Source: Thermoanaerobaculia bacterium
GTDB lineage: Bacteria > Acidobacteriota > Thermoanaerobaculia > Gp7-AA8
Reading direction: 5' to 3'
DNA length: 64,000 nucleotides
Assembly: GCA_036488085.1 (NCBI GenBank)
Contig: DASXHZ010000029.1
Span: forward strand, 42,860 to 106,859
In this document: one piece after another, positions 8,879-18,544 of the stretch
Position numbering within the stretch: position 1 is the first letter of the stretch
Layout of the letters: each line of letters begins with the position of its first letter
The notes under the pieces: model-generated
Database searches by the model: none
The model's input: only the letters and a program-made list of their open reading frames with translations
Told to the model about the DNA's origin: nothing
Position numbers and translations under genes: made by a program

Positions 8879-9902
8879 GGCCAATCGCGAACGACGCCAC
8901 GCCCCACACCGCCAGCACCAGCAGCGGGCCGGTGAGGTGACTGAGCGGCACCGCCTCATTCATCACGCCGCGTAACGCGTCGTTCAACGCCGTCAACGGC
9001 AGCGCACGAATCACCGGTTTCACCGCATCCGGGAACCGCTCGTACGAAAAGAAGACGCCGGAGCAGATCCACATCGGCACCATCACCAGGTTCATGAGCC
9101 CGCTCACCGCCTCGATCGTCCGGGCGCGTGAGGCGCCGAGGATGCCCAGGCCGGAGAACGAGAAGCCGCCGACAAGGCAGACGAGGATCAGCAGCGCGAT
9201 CGAACCGTTCACCCGCACGTTGAAGACGATCCATCCAAACGCCACGAGGATCGTCACCTCGGTCACGAGGAACACGAGACGCGAGAGGAACTGCGCGAAG
9301 AGGTAGTCCGTCTTCTTCATCGGCGTCGCGACCAGACGCTTGAGCAGCTTCCGCATGCGCGCGTTCACGATCGTGAAGCCCATCCCCCACATACCGGTCG
9401 ACATCAGGTTCATCCCGATCAGTCCAGGCATCAGGAAGTCGATGTAGCGCGATCCCTGCTCGGTGACGTGCACTTCGCTCGCGCGGAACACGTCGCGGCG
9501 CCCCGCCGCCCTTTGCAGCGCGTCGTCCGCCTCGATCCGCGCCGTCCGCGCCTCGGGGCGTGTCTGATCGAGGTGGAAGACGGGCATTGCGTCGCCGTCT
9601 ATGAGCAGCGAGATTTTCCCTGTCCGCAATTCCGCGCGCCCTTCGTCGGCACTGACGAGGCGCGGAAGTAGCGCGGGCGACTGCGCCAGGGCACGCATAC
9701 GCGCCTGCGCCGCCGGCCCGTTCACCACCGCGATCGGAACGCGGTCGGGCGCTTTGGCGCGGAAGGCGAAGCCGAGCGCCAACGCGAGCAGCAGCGGGAA
9801 TCCGAAGACCCAGAAGATCGCCTCGGTTTCGCGCAGGAACTCCTTCGTGCGAACGCTCGTGAGCTCCACGAGCGGGGAACGCACGCCGCCGTTGCTACGC
9901 AT
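8856..9902 (-). CDS. ABC-2 type transporter permease
   Basis: Six predicted TM segments. ABC-2 family topology. 8-nt overlap with the upstream ATPase gene. Confidence 0.85.
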   Translation of the reverse strand: MRSNGGVRSPLVELTSVRTKEFLRETEAIFWVFGFPLLLALALGFAFRAKAPDRVPIAVVNGPAAQARMRALAQSPALLPRLVSADEGRAELRTGKISLLIDGDAMPVFHLDQTRPEARTARIEADDALQRAAGRRDVFRASEVHVTEQGSRYIDFLMPGLIGMNLMSTGMWGMGFTIVNARMRKLLKRLVATPMKKTDYLFAQFLSRLVFLVTEVTILVAFGWIVFNVRVNGSIALLILVCLVGGFSFSGLGILGASRARTIEAVSGLMNLVMVPMWICSGVFFSYERFPDAVKPVIRALPLTALNDALRGVMNEAVPLSHLTGPLLVLAVWGVASFAIGLKIFRWQ

Positions 9903-10812
9903 CGCGAAGCTCCCTTCCCGTCAGCGAGACGAACAAGTCTTCGAGCGACGCCGCATGGGTCGAGAGTGTGATGAGCTTCGAGCCGCTCCGCCCGATCACG
10001 CTGATGAGTTGCGGCACCGCAACCGCCAGCGAGTCGACGCGGAGCTGCCATGAATTGCCGCGCGGTGAGCAGCCGTGGCACCCGGGCAGGTCGTTGAACA
10101 CCTCGGGCGGCAGCGGCGGATCGCTCGTGAACTCGATGATGTTCGCCGCCTCGAGCTTCGCGATCAGGTCCTTTGGCGTGCCGAGGGCGATGAGATGGCC
10201 GTGGTCGACGATCGCGATGCGGTCGCAGAGCCGCTCCGCCTCTTCCATGTAATGCGTCGTGAGCAGGATCGTGCCGCCACGCTCGCGGAATCGCTGCACC
10301 ACTTCCCACAGCTGCAGCCGCGACTGCGGATCGAGGCCGGTGGTCGGCTCGTCGAGGAAGAGAACGTCGGGGTTCCCGACGAGCGCGCATGCCACCGCGA
10401 GGCGCTGCTTCTGGCCGCCGGAGAGCTTGCCGAAACGCGCATTCCGCTTCTCGTCGAGCGACAAGTCGCGCATCAGCTCCTCGGGATCGCGGCCGTTCCG
10501 GTAGAACGAGCGGAAGAGCGTCAGGATCTCGATGACCGTGAGCTTCTCGTGAAGCTGCGTCTCCTGGAGCGAGATCCCGATGCGCTCGCGCAACTCCTGC
10601 GCGTGCCCGTTCCACGTCAGTCCGAGGATGCGGACGTCGCCGGAGTCGGCGGGCTGCAAGCCTTCCAGGATCTCGATCGTCGTCGTCTTGCCGGCGCCGT
10701 TGGGGCCGAGCAGGCCGAACGTCTCCCCTGCCTCGACGACGAGGTCGAGTCCGTCGACGGCCTTCACGTCGGCGTAGTACTTCCTCAGGTTGAGACACTC
10801 GATTGCGGGCAT
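9895..10812 (-). CDS. ABC transporter ATP-binding protein
   Basis: Walker A GPNGAGKTT, signature LSGGQKQR, Walker B LFLDEPTTGLD, H-loop. Start placed at ATG 10812 (MPAIECLNL...). Confidence 0.9.
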   Translation of the reverse strand: MPAIECLNLRKYYADVKAVDGLDLVVEAGETFGLLGPNGAGKTTTIEILEGLQPADSGDVRILGLTWNGHAQELRERIGISLQETQLHEKLTVIEILTLFRSFYRNGRDPEELMRDLSLDEKRNARFGKLSGGQKQRLAVACALVGNPDVLFLDEPTTGLDPQSRLQLWEVVQRFRERGGTILLTTHYMEEAERLCDRIAIVDHGHLIALGTPKDLIAKLEAANIIEFTSDPPLPPEVFNDLPGCHGCSPRGNSWQLRVDSLAVAVPQLISVIGRSGSKLITLSTHAASLEDLFVSLTGRELRDA

Positions 10813-10839
10813 TGGACCGCGGGAACATAACATGCTGGG

Positions 10840-11793
10840 ATGCGCGCCGCGATCGTCGAGGGTAAAGAGTTCCGCATTGCTGATGTCGACCCCCCGAAGC
10901 TCGGGCCGAACGACTTGAGGATTCGCGTGCGTGCCACGGCGGTGAACCGCGCCGACCTGCTACAGCGCGAAGGCCACTATCCACCGCCGCCCGGTGCGTC
11001 GGACATCATCGGACTCGAATGTTCGGGCACGGTCATCGAAAGCGGCGATAACGTGCGCGGATGGTCCAAAGGCGATCGTGCGATGTCGCTGCTGCCAGGC
11101 GGAGGGTATGCGGAGGAGGTGGCCGTCGACGCTGGATCGGCGATGCATGTGCCGGAGGCGCTGAGCGACGAAGAAGCGGCAGCGATCCCGGAAGTGTTCC
11201 TCACCGCATTCAGCAACATCTTCCTCTTCGCGCGGGCCAAGCGCGGTGAGTCGATCCTCATTCACGGCGGCGGGAGCGGCGTCGGCACCGCGGCAACGAC
11301 GCTCTGCAAGCTGAATGAGATGCGGGTGGTCGTCACCGCCGGCTCCGACGAGAAATGCGCGCAGTGTCTCCAACACGGAGCCGACGTGGCGATCAACTAT
11401 CGAACCGAGGATTTCGCGGAGAAGGCGAACGGCGTCGACATCGTGCTCGACCACATCGGAGCGAAGTACCTCGCCCGCGATCTCGATGCGCTGGCCGCCG
11501 GCGGGCGGGTCGTGGTCATCGGCTCGATGGGCGGCGAGAAGGTCGCGACGATCGACGTGAGCCGGCTGCTCGGCAAGCGGCAGCAGATCATCGGCTCGAC
11601 GCTTCGTGCACGTCCGGTCGAGGAGAAGGCCGCGATCGTCACGGCATTCATCGACCGCTTCGGCACCGCGCTCAGCCACGGCCGGATCAAACCCGCCATC
11701 GATCGCATCTACGAGCTGCACGAAGTCGAAGAAGCGCACCGCCGCATGGCCGCCGACCACTTTGGCAAAGTCGTGCTGCGCGTGAGCCGTTAA
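10840..11793 (+). CDS. NAD(P)H:quinone oxidoreductase, PIG3/MDR family
   Basis: Zn-independent MDR pattern. GxGxxG-like GGGSGVGTAA. Quinone oxidoreductase-like N-terminus. Confidence 0.85.
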   Translation: MRAAIVEGKEFRIADVDPPKLGPNDLRIRVRATAVNRADLLQREGHYPPPPGASDIIGLECSGTVIESGDNVRGWSKGDRAMSLLPGGGYAEEVAVDAGSAMHVPEALSDEEAAAIPEVFLTAFSNIFLFARAKRGESILIHGGGSGVGTAATTLCKLNEMRVVVTAGSDEKCAQCLQHGADVAINYRTEDFAEKANGVDIVLDHIGAKYLARDLDALAAGGRVVVIGSMGGEKVATIDVSRLLGKRQQIIGSTLRARPVEEKAAIVTAFIDRFGTALSHGRIKPAIDRIYELHEVEEAHRRMAADHFGKVVLRVSR

Positions 11794-12302
11794 CGGAGCA
11801 AGGAGACGGAGCTGCACCCCTTGAGCTTTGCCCACCTCCGCCAACGTGGCGTGATCTCGCGAGGAGCGTGGCCGGCGATCAGGGCGCGGACGGTGTCGTC
11901 CTGGCAACTGAAGAGCGTGAAACGGTCGATGTCCGTCATGCCCGAGACCGCGTAGTCGACGGCCGTCCAGCCGTCTAAATCGCGAAGGCCGGGGTTGGCG
12001 CCGCGCGCGAGCAGAAGGCGGACGATCGGCGTATAGCCGTAGCCGGCCGCCATCATCAGCGGCGTCATGCTGTTGACGGCGAGATTCGGGTCGGCGTGAC
12101 CGTCGAGCAGCGCCTCCACCGAGCCGAGCTGGTTCTTGTGAATGGCGTGCAAGAGCGGCGTCCAGTCGTTGACCCCTTCGGCCGCATTCGGATCGGCGCC
12201 GCGCGCCAGCATCGCCCTCACTGCCTGGACGTCGCCGCTCCGGACGGATTCGATGAAACCGCTTATCGCGAGCAGGAGGATGAAGGAAATGAGCCGTCGC
12301 AT
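11790..12302 (-). CDS. Ankyrin-repeat protein with signal peptide
   Basis: Repeated G-x-TPLH/A-x-x-G-H-x-x-hh-x-hLL-x-x-GAD/NPN motifs. N-terminal signal peptide MRRLISFILLLAIS. Confidence 0.8.
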   Translation of the reverse strand: MRRLISFILLLAISGFIESVRSGDVQAVRAMLARGADPNAAEGVNDWTPLLHAIHKNQLGSVEALLDGHADPNLAVNSMTPLMMAAGYGYTPIVRLLLARGANPGLRDLDGWTAVDYAVSGMTDIDRFTLFSCQDDTVRALIAGHAPREITPRWRRWAKLKGCSSVSLLR

Positions 12303-12333
12303 GCCGCTAATGTGCAGCGCAGAAGCCCGCAAG

Positions 12334-12843
12334 TCAAGCGCTTGCTGTTACAAAGTGAAGCCCGCCCCAGAGCTTCAGATCGACGAGCACGCCTTCCCTC
12401 TCACGCTCCCGAAGCCACCGCTCGACTTTCGCGCGCGGCACGACGTGAACGGTGATCTTCTCGCCTTCGACACCGCCGCCCTTGCCCGCGTGCGTGACGC
12501 CATACGCGCGGTAGAAACTGACGATTTCCGATGTGATTCCCGGCGAGGACGGTCCCCGTGCGAGCAACTCGACGCGCTCGCAGCGGAAGCCGCTCTCCTC
12601 TTCGAGCTCCTTCTTCGCGGTCGCCGCCGGATCGTTCTCTCCGTCGTCGCCGACCAGTCCGGCGGGCCAGTCGATCACCCGCGCATCGACGGGACGCCGG
12701 TACTGTTCGGTGAGGATGACCTCGTCATCCTCCGTCAGCGCGATCACCGCGACCGCCTCGGTCGCCTTCTTTCGCTCGACGTACTCCCATTCATCGCGTT
12801 CGAGAACGAGTATCCGTTCTCCTTCGAAAATCTGGTGCGTCAT
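12334..12843 (-). CDS. NUDIX hydrolase
   Basis: Nudix box GLVGDDGENDPAATAKKELEEESG. Confidence 0.85.
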   Translation of the reverse strand: MTHQIFEGERILVLERDEWEYVERKKATEAVAVIALTEDDEVILTEQYRRPVDARVIDWPAGLVGDDGENDPAATAKKELEEESGFRCERVELLARGPSSPGITSEIVSFYRAYGVTHAGKGGGVEGEKITVHVVPRAKVERWLREREREGVLVDLKLWGGLHFVTASA

Positions 12844-12852
12844 GGGGGATGC

Positions 12853-13896
12853 TCAATCAAAGAGCGTTCCCTGCGCCGTCTGGCGGCGGAACGCGGCCGC
12901 AGAGAGGTGCCAATCTCGTTCATTGAGACCGAGCCGCCGGCAGGTGACGTCGAAAATCGCCTCGATCTGCTGCGCGAAGATGCCGCGTCCGCGGCCGCGC
13001 ACCCCCCACTGCGCCTCGTAGAGCGCACCGCCGCGCAGCTCGCGAATGCGGTTGAGGACCTTCTCCTTGCGGTCGGGGAAGTGTTCCTCCAGCCACCGCT
13101 CGAAAAGCGGGGCGACGGCCCACGGAAGACGCAGCACGACGAAGCCGGCGAAGCTCGCGCCGGCATCGCGCGCCGCCTCCAGGATCTTCGGAAGCTCGTG
13201 CTCGTTGATCGCCGGGATGAGCGGCGCGACCATGACGGTGGCGGGAATCCTGTTCTTCGCCAGCGTCTCGATGGCCGCGAGGCGCCGCTCCGGTGTCGAC
13301 GCCCGCGGCTCCATGATGTTCGCGAGCTTCGGATCGAGCGTCGTGATCGAGACGGCGACCGACGCTGCGTCGTACTGCGCCAGCGCGCCGAGGTGATCGA
13401 CGTCGCGCGTGACGAGGTGGTTCTTGGTGATCATCGCCGTCGGATTGCGGAAGTCGGCGAGGACGGCCAGACAGCGCCGCGTGATCTCCAGCTTCCGTTC
13501 GACCGGCTGGTAGGGATCGGTGACGCCGCTGATCGCGATCGTCTGGGGCTGCCACTTCGGCGAGAGCAACTCTTCACGCAGTAGCTCGGGCGCGTCTTCC
13601 TTCACCATGATCTTGGTCTCGAAATCGAGGCCGGCGGAGAACCCAAGATACTCATGCGTGGGGCGCGCGAAGCAGTACGAGCAGCCGTGCTCGCAGCCGC
13701 GATACGGGTTGACGCTGTAATTGAAGCCGACGTCGGGCGAGTCATTGCTCGTGATGATCGTACGCGTCGGATCGCGGAGATAGACCGTCCGCGGCACGCT
13801 CTCATCGCGCTCCGCCTCATCGTCGACGACGTACGCGAGCTTTTCGAATCGATTCTGAGGATTCCAGCTCGCACCCCTACCGTGGATCGCACTCAT
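12853..13896 (-). CDS. Radical SAM protein, PA0069 family (SplB-like DNA-repair photolyase-type)
   Basis: Start ATG at 13896 (MSAIHGRGASWNPQNRFE...). CxxxCxxC motif CEHGCSYC. The ORF table merges this with an upstream antisense artefact (to 14919). Confidence 0.85.
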   Translation of the reverse strand: MSAIHGRGASWNPQNRFEKLAYVVDDEAERDESVPRTVYLRDPTRTIITSNDSPDVGFNYSVNPYRGCEHGCSYCFARPTHEYLGFSAGLDFETKIMVKEDAPELLREELLSPKWQPQTIAISGVTDPYQPVERKLEITRRCLAVLADFRNPTAMITKNHLVTRDVDHLGALAQYDAASVAVSITTLDPKLANIMEPRASTPERRLAAIETLAKNRIPATVMVAPLIPAINEHELPKILEAARDAGASFAGFVVLRLPWAVAPLFERWLEEHFPDRKEKVLNRIRELRGGALYEAQWGVRGRGRGIFAQQIEAIFDVTCRRLGLNERDWHLSAAAFRRQTAQGTLFD

Positions 13897-13931
13897 GACC
13901 GTTCCGAGCGTATCGCGCCCGTCAAGAAATT

Positions 13932-15167
13932 CTACGTGGCGTGGATTTCGCGCACTTCGCGTAGTTTCTTGGAGCGAAGCAGCACGGTGGCCACCACGAT
14001 CAGGGTCATGGTTCCGCCGAAAATCACGGAAGGGACGGTACCCATGAGGCGCGCGGCGACGCCCGACTCGAAGGCGCCGATCTCGTTCGAGGCGCCGATG
14101 AAAATCTGGTTCACGGAGGAGACGCGGCCGAGGAGGTTTTGCGGCGTGATGGTCTGCAGCAGTGTCCCGCGAATGATGACGCTGACGTTGTCCGCCATGC
14201 CGCTGACCGTCAGGAGCGCGAGCGAGAGCCAGAAGTTGCGCGACACCGCGAACGCGATCATCGTGACGCCGAAAATCGCGACGGCGGCGAACAGCGAGTA
14301 GCCGGCGCGGCGCATCGGCGGACGGTGCGCGATGATCATTCCGGTCACCAGCGATCCGATCGCGGGCGCCGCGCGAAGAATCCCGAGCCCTTGCGGTCCG
14401 ACGCCGAGCAGCTTCGCGAAGATCGGCAACAGCGCGACCGCGCCGCCGAAGAGCACCGAGAAGAGGTCGAGCGTCATCGCGGCCAACAACACGGGCTGAT
14501 TCCAGATGAAGCGGATCCCGACCCGCAGGCTCTCGGAGATCGGCATCTCCTCTTTCACTTGCGGACGGCTGCGGTGCGTCACGATCGTGAGCGCGAAGAG
14601 GCCGAGCGCATAGAGGACCGTGACGCCCCCATACGCGAGCCGCGCGCTGCCGAAGCCATACGCGAGACCTCCCGCCGCGGGGCCGACCACCGCCGCGAAC
14701 TGCCACGTCGAGCTGCGCCAGGCGACGGAGTTCGGATACAACTCGCGCGGCACGACGTCCGCCGTGAATGCGTTGAACGCCGGCCGCGTGAAGCTGCGCG
14801 CAATTCCGCTGACGAAGATGACGAGGTAGATCGGCCAGACGTGTCCCTGCGCGATGAGGCCCATCTGCGTGAAGACCAGCAGCGCGATGCCCGACAACAG
14901 CATCCCGAACGTGCCGCATAGAGCTATGAAGCGCCGCTCCGCGCGATCCGCCACATGTCCCGCATAGAGCGCCACGCTGATGAACGGCAGCGCCTCAGCG
15001 AGACCGATCATGCCGAGCGAGAGCGGGTCGCGCGTTACCTCGAAAACCTGCCAGCCGACCACGACGATCTGCGCCTCGCGCGCGACCGTGGTGGTCGCGT
15101 AGCTGAGGATGAGGCGGAGAAAGTTCGGGATTCGTAAGGACGCGTAGGGGTCGTGGTCCAAGCTCAA
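13932..15167 (-). CDS. MFS transporter
   Basis: 12-TM MFS pattern starting ...LRIPNFLRLILSY. The listed ATG at 15296 would overlap the divergent tetR by 100 nt. A TTG at 15167 or 15161 fits better. Confidence 0.8.
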   Translation of the reverse strand: MSLDHDPYASLRIPNFLRLILSYATTTVAREAQIVVVGWQVFEVTRDPLSLGMIGLAEALPFISVALYAGHVADRAERRFIALCGTFGMLLSGIALLVFTQMGLIAQGHVWPIYLVIFVSGIARSFTRPAFNAFTADVVPRELYPNSVAWRSSTWQFAAVVGPAAGGLAYGFGSARLAYGGVTVLYALGLFALTIVTHRSRPQVKEEMPISESLRVGIRFIWNQPVLLAAMTLDLFSVLFGGAVALLPIFAKLLGVGPQGLGILRAAPAIGSLVTGMIIAHRPPMRRAGYSLFAAVAIFGVTMIAFAVSRNFWLSLALLTVSGMADNVSVIIRGTLLQTITPQNLLGRVSSVNQIFIGASNEIGAFESGVAARLMGTVPSVIFGGTMTLIVVATVLLRSKKLREVREIHAT

Positions 15168-15170
15168 ATT

Positions 15171-15185
15171 CGAACTATAGTTTCG
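15171..15185. promoter_or_regulatory. Palindromic operator candidate CGAACTATAGTTTCG in TetR/MFS divergent region
   Basis: Perfect 10-bp palindrome AACTATAGTT centred between the MFS start (15167) and the tetR ATG (15193). Typical autoregulated TetR-efflux arrangement. Confidence 0.4.
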
Positions 15186-15192
15186 CAGAACG

Positions 15193-15801
15193 ATGCAACG
15201 GGAGGAGAAATCGGAGCGAAGCCGCAGGCTCGTCCTCGATTCCGCGCTGCGGCTCTTCTCGACCGGCGGCTTCCGGGCGACGAGCGTCCGCGACATCGCG
15301 GAGGCCGCCGGCGTGTCTACCGGAAACCTCTACCACCACTTCCCCGACAAAGAAGCGATCTTCCGGACGCTGCTCGACGAATATCGCGAGATCGTCTCCA
15401 CGGACCAGTTCCCGCTCTATCGCGCATTACAAGGCGGCAGCTTTCCCGACAATCTCGAGGACCTCGGCTTCGCCGCGCGTGACTCGGTCAAACAGTACCG
15501 CCGCTACATGCTGCTGATCTTCGTCGACGTCATCGAGTTCGATGGAACTCACATTCGCGACTTCTACAAGAGCCTCGCGAAGCGTTTCGCGGAGATCGTG
15601 CAGCAGCACCCCGAGGTCAGTGAGCGCGTCCGCGAGAACGTCTCCCCCGCCGCGGCGATGCAGCTCGTGGCGCGAACGTTCATCAGCTACTTCCAGCTCG
15701 AGGTGCTCTTCGGCGTCTCCGAGCCATTCGGCAAGGAGTCGAAGCAGATCGTCACCGACATCGCGGACATGCTTCGCTGCGGAGTCGCGCGGCAGAAATG
15801 A
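15193..15801 (+). CDS. TetR/AcrR-family transcriptional regulator
   Basis: N-terminal HTH FSTGGFRATSVRDIAEAAGVSTGNLYHHF. 202 aa. Confidence 0.9.
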   Translation: MQREEKSERSRRLVLDSALRLFSTGGFRATSVRDIAEAAGVSTGNLYHHFPDKEAIFRTLLDEYREIVSTDQFPLYRALQGGSFPDNLEDLGFAARDSVKQYRRYMLLIFVDVIEFDGTHIRDFYKSLAKRFAEIVQQHPEVSERVRENVSPAAAMQLVARTFISYFQLEVLFGVSEPFGKESKQIVTDIADMLRCGVARQK

Positions 15802-16541
15802 CCTGGAATCCGAGCCAGTACGAGCGCTTCAAGGCGGAGCGCAAACAGCCATTCGTCGATCTCCTCTCCCTCGTCGAACATCGGCCCCACATGCGCGTCG
15901 TCGACCTCGGCTGCGGCACCGGCGAGCTGACGCGCGAGCTGCAGGAGACGCTGAATGCCGAGGAGACCGTCGGAATCGACAACTCCGAGACGATGCTGCT
16001 GAAGTCGAGCAGCTTCGGCGGTGAGACGCTCCATTTCGAGCGCGGCGACATCGAGGCGTTCGTCACCGACCGGCCCTACGACCTCATCTTCTCGAATGCC
16101 GCGCTGCACTGGGTCGAGGACCACGAGTCGCTCTTCACCCGGCTCACGACCTTCCTCGCGCCGCACGGCCAACTCGCAGTGCAGATGCCGGCGAACGAGA
16201 CGCATGCATCTCATCAGACCGCAATGGATGTGGCACGCGAGCTCGGACTCGAGCCACGACGCTCGCCGATGCAGCCTCCTGAGCGGTACGCTGAGATCCT
16301 CCATCGCCTCGGGTTTGCGCGGCAGCACGTGCGCCTGCAGATCTACGGGCACGTGCTCGACTCATCTAGCGACGTCGTCGAGTGGGTCAAGGGAACGCTG
16401 CTCACCGACTACGAGCGCCACGCCGGCGACCGCTGGCCCGAGTTCCTGAAGCGCTACCGCGAGCTCCTTATCGAGCGCATCGGCGAGGGGCACCCGTACT
16501 TTTTCACCTACCGCCGCATCCTGATCTGGGGCAGCCGCTAG
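15798..16541 (+). CDS. tam: Trans-aconitate 2-methyltransferase-like SAM-dependent methyltransferase
   Basis: MTWNPSQYERFKAERKQPFVDLL... start diagnostic of Tam. Motif I VVDLGCGTG. ATGA overlap with tetR. Confidence 0.85.
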   Translation: MTWNPSQYERFKAERKQPFVDLLSLVEHRPHMRVVDLGCGTGELTRELQETLNAEETVGIDNSETMLLKSSSFGGETLHFERGDIEAFVTDRPYDLIFSNAALHWVEDHESLFTRLTTFLAPHGQLAVQMPANETHASHQTAMDVARELGLEPRRSPMQPPERYAEILHRLGFARQHVRLQIYGHVLDSSSDVVEWVKGTLLTDYERHAGDRWPEFLKRYRELLIERIGEGHPYFFTYRRILIWGSR

Positions 16542-16999
16542 TCTTCCGCCAGGATCGTGTGCAGGGCAACGCCGATGGTGATCGACGAGAGGACAAAGAC
16601 CATCGCGAAAAAGGTCACCGACAGCGAGGCCGCCTCTCCCGCGTTCTGAACGAACGTCGCGGGCGTGAAGCTGTGCAGCAACGCCTGAAGCGCCACCCAC
16701 TTCCACGCCATGACCGCTGTCCATCCTCCGGCGACGATCACGTAGGAGAACATCTGAAAGATCTTCAAGGGCCGCGTGGCGCGCTCCGCGGTCATCGTGT
16801 TGCGGAGGAGCTGTGCCTTCAACCAGACGACCTGCGGATCGGGAAGCGGGTGCTCGCGCATGTCGACCGAGGCGAGCTCCTTCATCTGCGGCGACACCAG
16901 CATCGCCGCTTCGCAGTCGGCGCACTGCGCGACATGGGCGCGGAGCGAGTCGGTCCACCGGCCGGCGATCACGTCACGTTCGAATCGGCATTCACTCAT
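16538..16999 (-). CDS. Anti-sigma factor (zf-HC2, membrane-spanning)
   Basis: H-x3-C-x2-C motif (HVAQCADCEA) followed by TM segments. Overlaps the ECF sigma stop by 4 nt. Confidence 0.7.
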   Translation of the reverse strand: MSECRFERDVIAGRWTDSLRAHVAQCADCEAAMLVSPQMKELASVDMREHPLPDPQVVWLKAQLLRNTMTAERATRPLKIFQMFSYVIVAGGWTAVMAWKWVALQALLHSFTPATFVQNAGEAASLSVTFFAMVFVLSSITIGVALHTILAED

Positions 17000-17538
17000 C
17001 GCGATGCCTCCGGTCGGATTCCCGCCTTCGTGAGAAGGTCGGCGAGCCGCTTGCGCGCGCGGAACAGCAGGACGCGGACGCTTCCCGACTTGACGCCGAG
17101 CGCTTCGCCGATCTCAGCATGGTCAGCTTCTTCGACGTGTGCGAGCCAGAGCAGCGCTCGCTCGCGCGGCTTCAGCTCGCCGAACGACCGTGACAGGTCT
17201 TGACGCAGCTCGCCGCGGTCGGCGATGGACGGATTCCGCGGGATCAATGCGTCGAGCTTGATGCGCTCGCGCTTCGCCTCGCGGAAGTGATCGAGCGCCA
17301 GGTTCGTCGCAGCGCGGAACGCGTACCGCCGCGCGTGCTCATCGCTCTCGAACGTCGGGTTCGCACGCAGGAAACCGAGGAACGTCTTCTGCAGCAGGTC
17401 GTCCGCCGTGGCGGCATCGCCCGTCATGCGGAAGATGTACGACCAGAGGCTTCCGGCCGTCTTCCGATAGAAGGCTTCGAACTGCGCTTCGTTCATTGGT
17501 CTTTGCGGCGCGCGCCGGCCGCCGCTGACCTGTTCCAT
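16996..17538 (-). CDS. RNA polymerase sigma-70 ECF-subfamily factor
   Basis: Region 2 (FEAFYRKTAGSLWSYIFRMTGDAATADDLLQKTF) and region 4 HTH (LKPRERALLWLAHVEEADHAEIGEALGVKSGSVRVLLFRARKRL). Alternative ATG starts at 17496 and 17577. Confidence 0.85.
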   Translation of the reverse strand: MEQVSGGRRAPQRPMNEAQFEAFYRKTAGSLWSYIFRMTGDAATADDLLQKTFLGFLRANPTFESDEHARRYAFRAATNLALDHFREAKRERIKLDALIPRNPSIADRGELRQDLSRSFGELKPRERALLWLAHVEEADHAEIGEALGVKSGSVRVLLFRARKRLADLLTKAGIRPEASR

Positions 17539-17584
17539 TTCTAGCGACGCTGGCAACACGAGAGCCTCGGCAAACATGGGGATG

Positions 17585-18046
17585 CTACGGCTGAGTCGGT
17601 GGCTGCTGAGGCTGATCGAAGACGCCCCATTCGCGCCCCAGGCGCTTCGTGAGAATGACACTCGCGAGATAGCCGAGACCGAGGGCCAGAAGGAGCAGAC
17701 CCGGGTAGAGCATGCCGCGCTCGTACGTCACGAGCGAGAGAATGATGAACGCACAGCCGAGGAACGAGAGCACCGTCGCGTTGCGAATGCCGCTCAGCAT
17801 CCGGTCCTGCGTCATCATCTTCGGCGCGGACTCGATCTCGCCGAGGAACTTGCGGCCCTGCGGCGACTGCAGGAAGCTGACGAACTCCGGACCGCTACCG
17901 AACTTATCGATGAGGCGCGCCTGCACCTCTGCTTGATAGCGAACCTTGTCGCTCTTCGATTTCGAGCTGAAGTAGGAGATCGCGATCATCATCGCGCAGA
18001 ACCCGAGCCCTAATGTGATCGGGATCATGTAGACGCTCATTTCCAT
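17585..18046 (-). CDS. Membrane protein of unknown function, first gene of the ECF sigma operon
   Basis: Start ATG 18046 preceded by GGAGG. Two TM segments flank a soluble loop (MEMSVYMIPITLGLGFCAMMIAISYF ... LLLLALGLGYLASVIL). The upstream part of the listed ORF is not coding. Confidence 0.55.
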   Translation of the reverse strand: MEMSVYMIPITLGLGFCAMMIAISYFSSKSKSDKVRYQAEVQARLIDKFGSGPEFVSFLQSPQGRKFLGEIESAPKMMTQDRMLSGIRNATVLSFLGCAFIILSLVTYERGMLYPGLLLLALGLGYLASVILTKRLGREWGVFDQPQQPPTQP

Positions 18047-18112
18047 GACTGAAGCCTCCGGTGTTTCTTGCACGCTAATACGTGCCCCAGGCCATTTGGT
18101 TAACATCGGGGC

Positions 18113-18544
18113 ATGAGGTTCTCCGTCTCCGAGTACGTCCGATGGGAAGACATCGACGCCGCCGGCATCATCAACTATCAGGCGTACCTCCGCTTTTTCG
18201 GTTTGGCCGAGGTGGAGCTGTTTCGCTCCTGTGGGCTGTCGTACAAGACGCTGAGCGAGGAGATTGGGATCTGGTTGCCGCGGGTGCACGTCGAGTGCGA
18301 CTTCTTCCATCCGGTGACGCTCGATGAGCTGCTGGTCGTCGACGCCTACTTTGGTCACCTCGGGACGAGCTCACTGCACGTGAACTTCGAGGTGCGGTGC
18401 GACTCTGCGCCGGCAAACGTCGTCGCAAAGGGGAAGTACATCGTCGTCAGCGTGAAGAAAGGCGAGTTCGCGCCGACGCCGATACCGCCGCTCGTGCGCG
18501 AAAAGATCGCGGCGTACGTGGAACCGGCGGTCAGAAGCCGATGA
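18113..18544 (+). CDS. Acyl-CoA thioesterase, hotdog fold (YbgC/4HBT family)
   Basis: VRWEDIDAAGIINYQAYLRFF... 4HBT N-terminal signature. 143 aa. Confidence 0.8.
   Translation: MRFSVSEYVRWEDIDAAGIINYQAYLRFFGLAEVELFRSCGLSYKTLSEEIGIWLPRVHVECDFFHPVTLDELLVVDAYFGHLGTSSLHVNFEVRCDSAPANVVAKGKYIVVSVKKGEFAPTPIPPLVREKIAAYVEPAVRSR

Noticed and set aside
12853-14919. 688-aa ORF listed as a single gene
   Set aside because: Only the 3' 347 codons (from ATG 13896) encode the radical-SAM protein. The upstream 340 codons are an alternate-frame read-through across the real MFS transporter gene (13932..15167), which has clear TM-protein composition.
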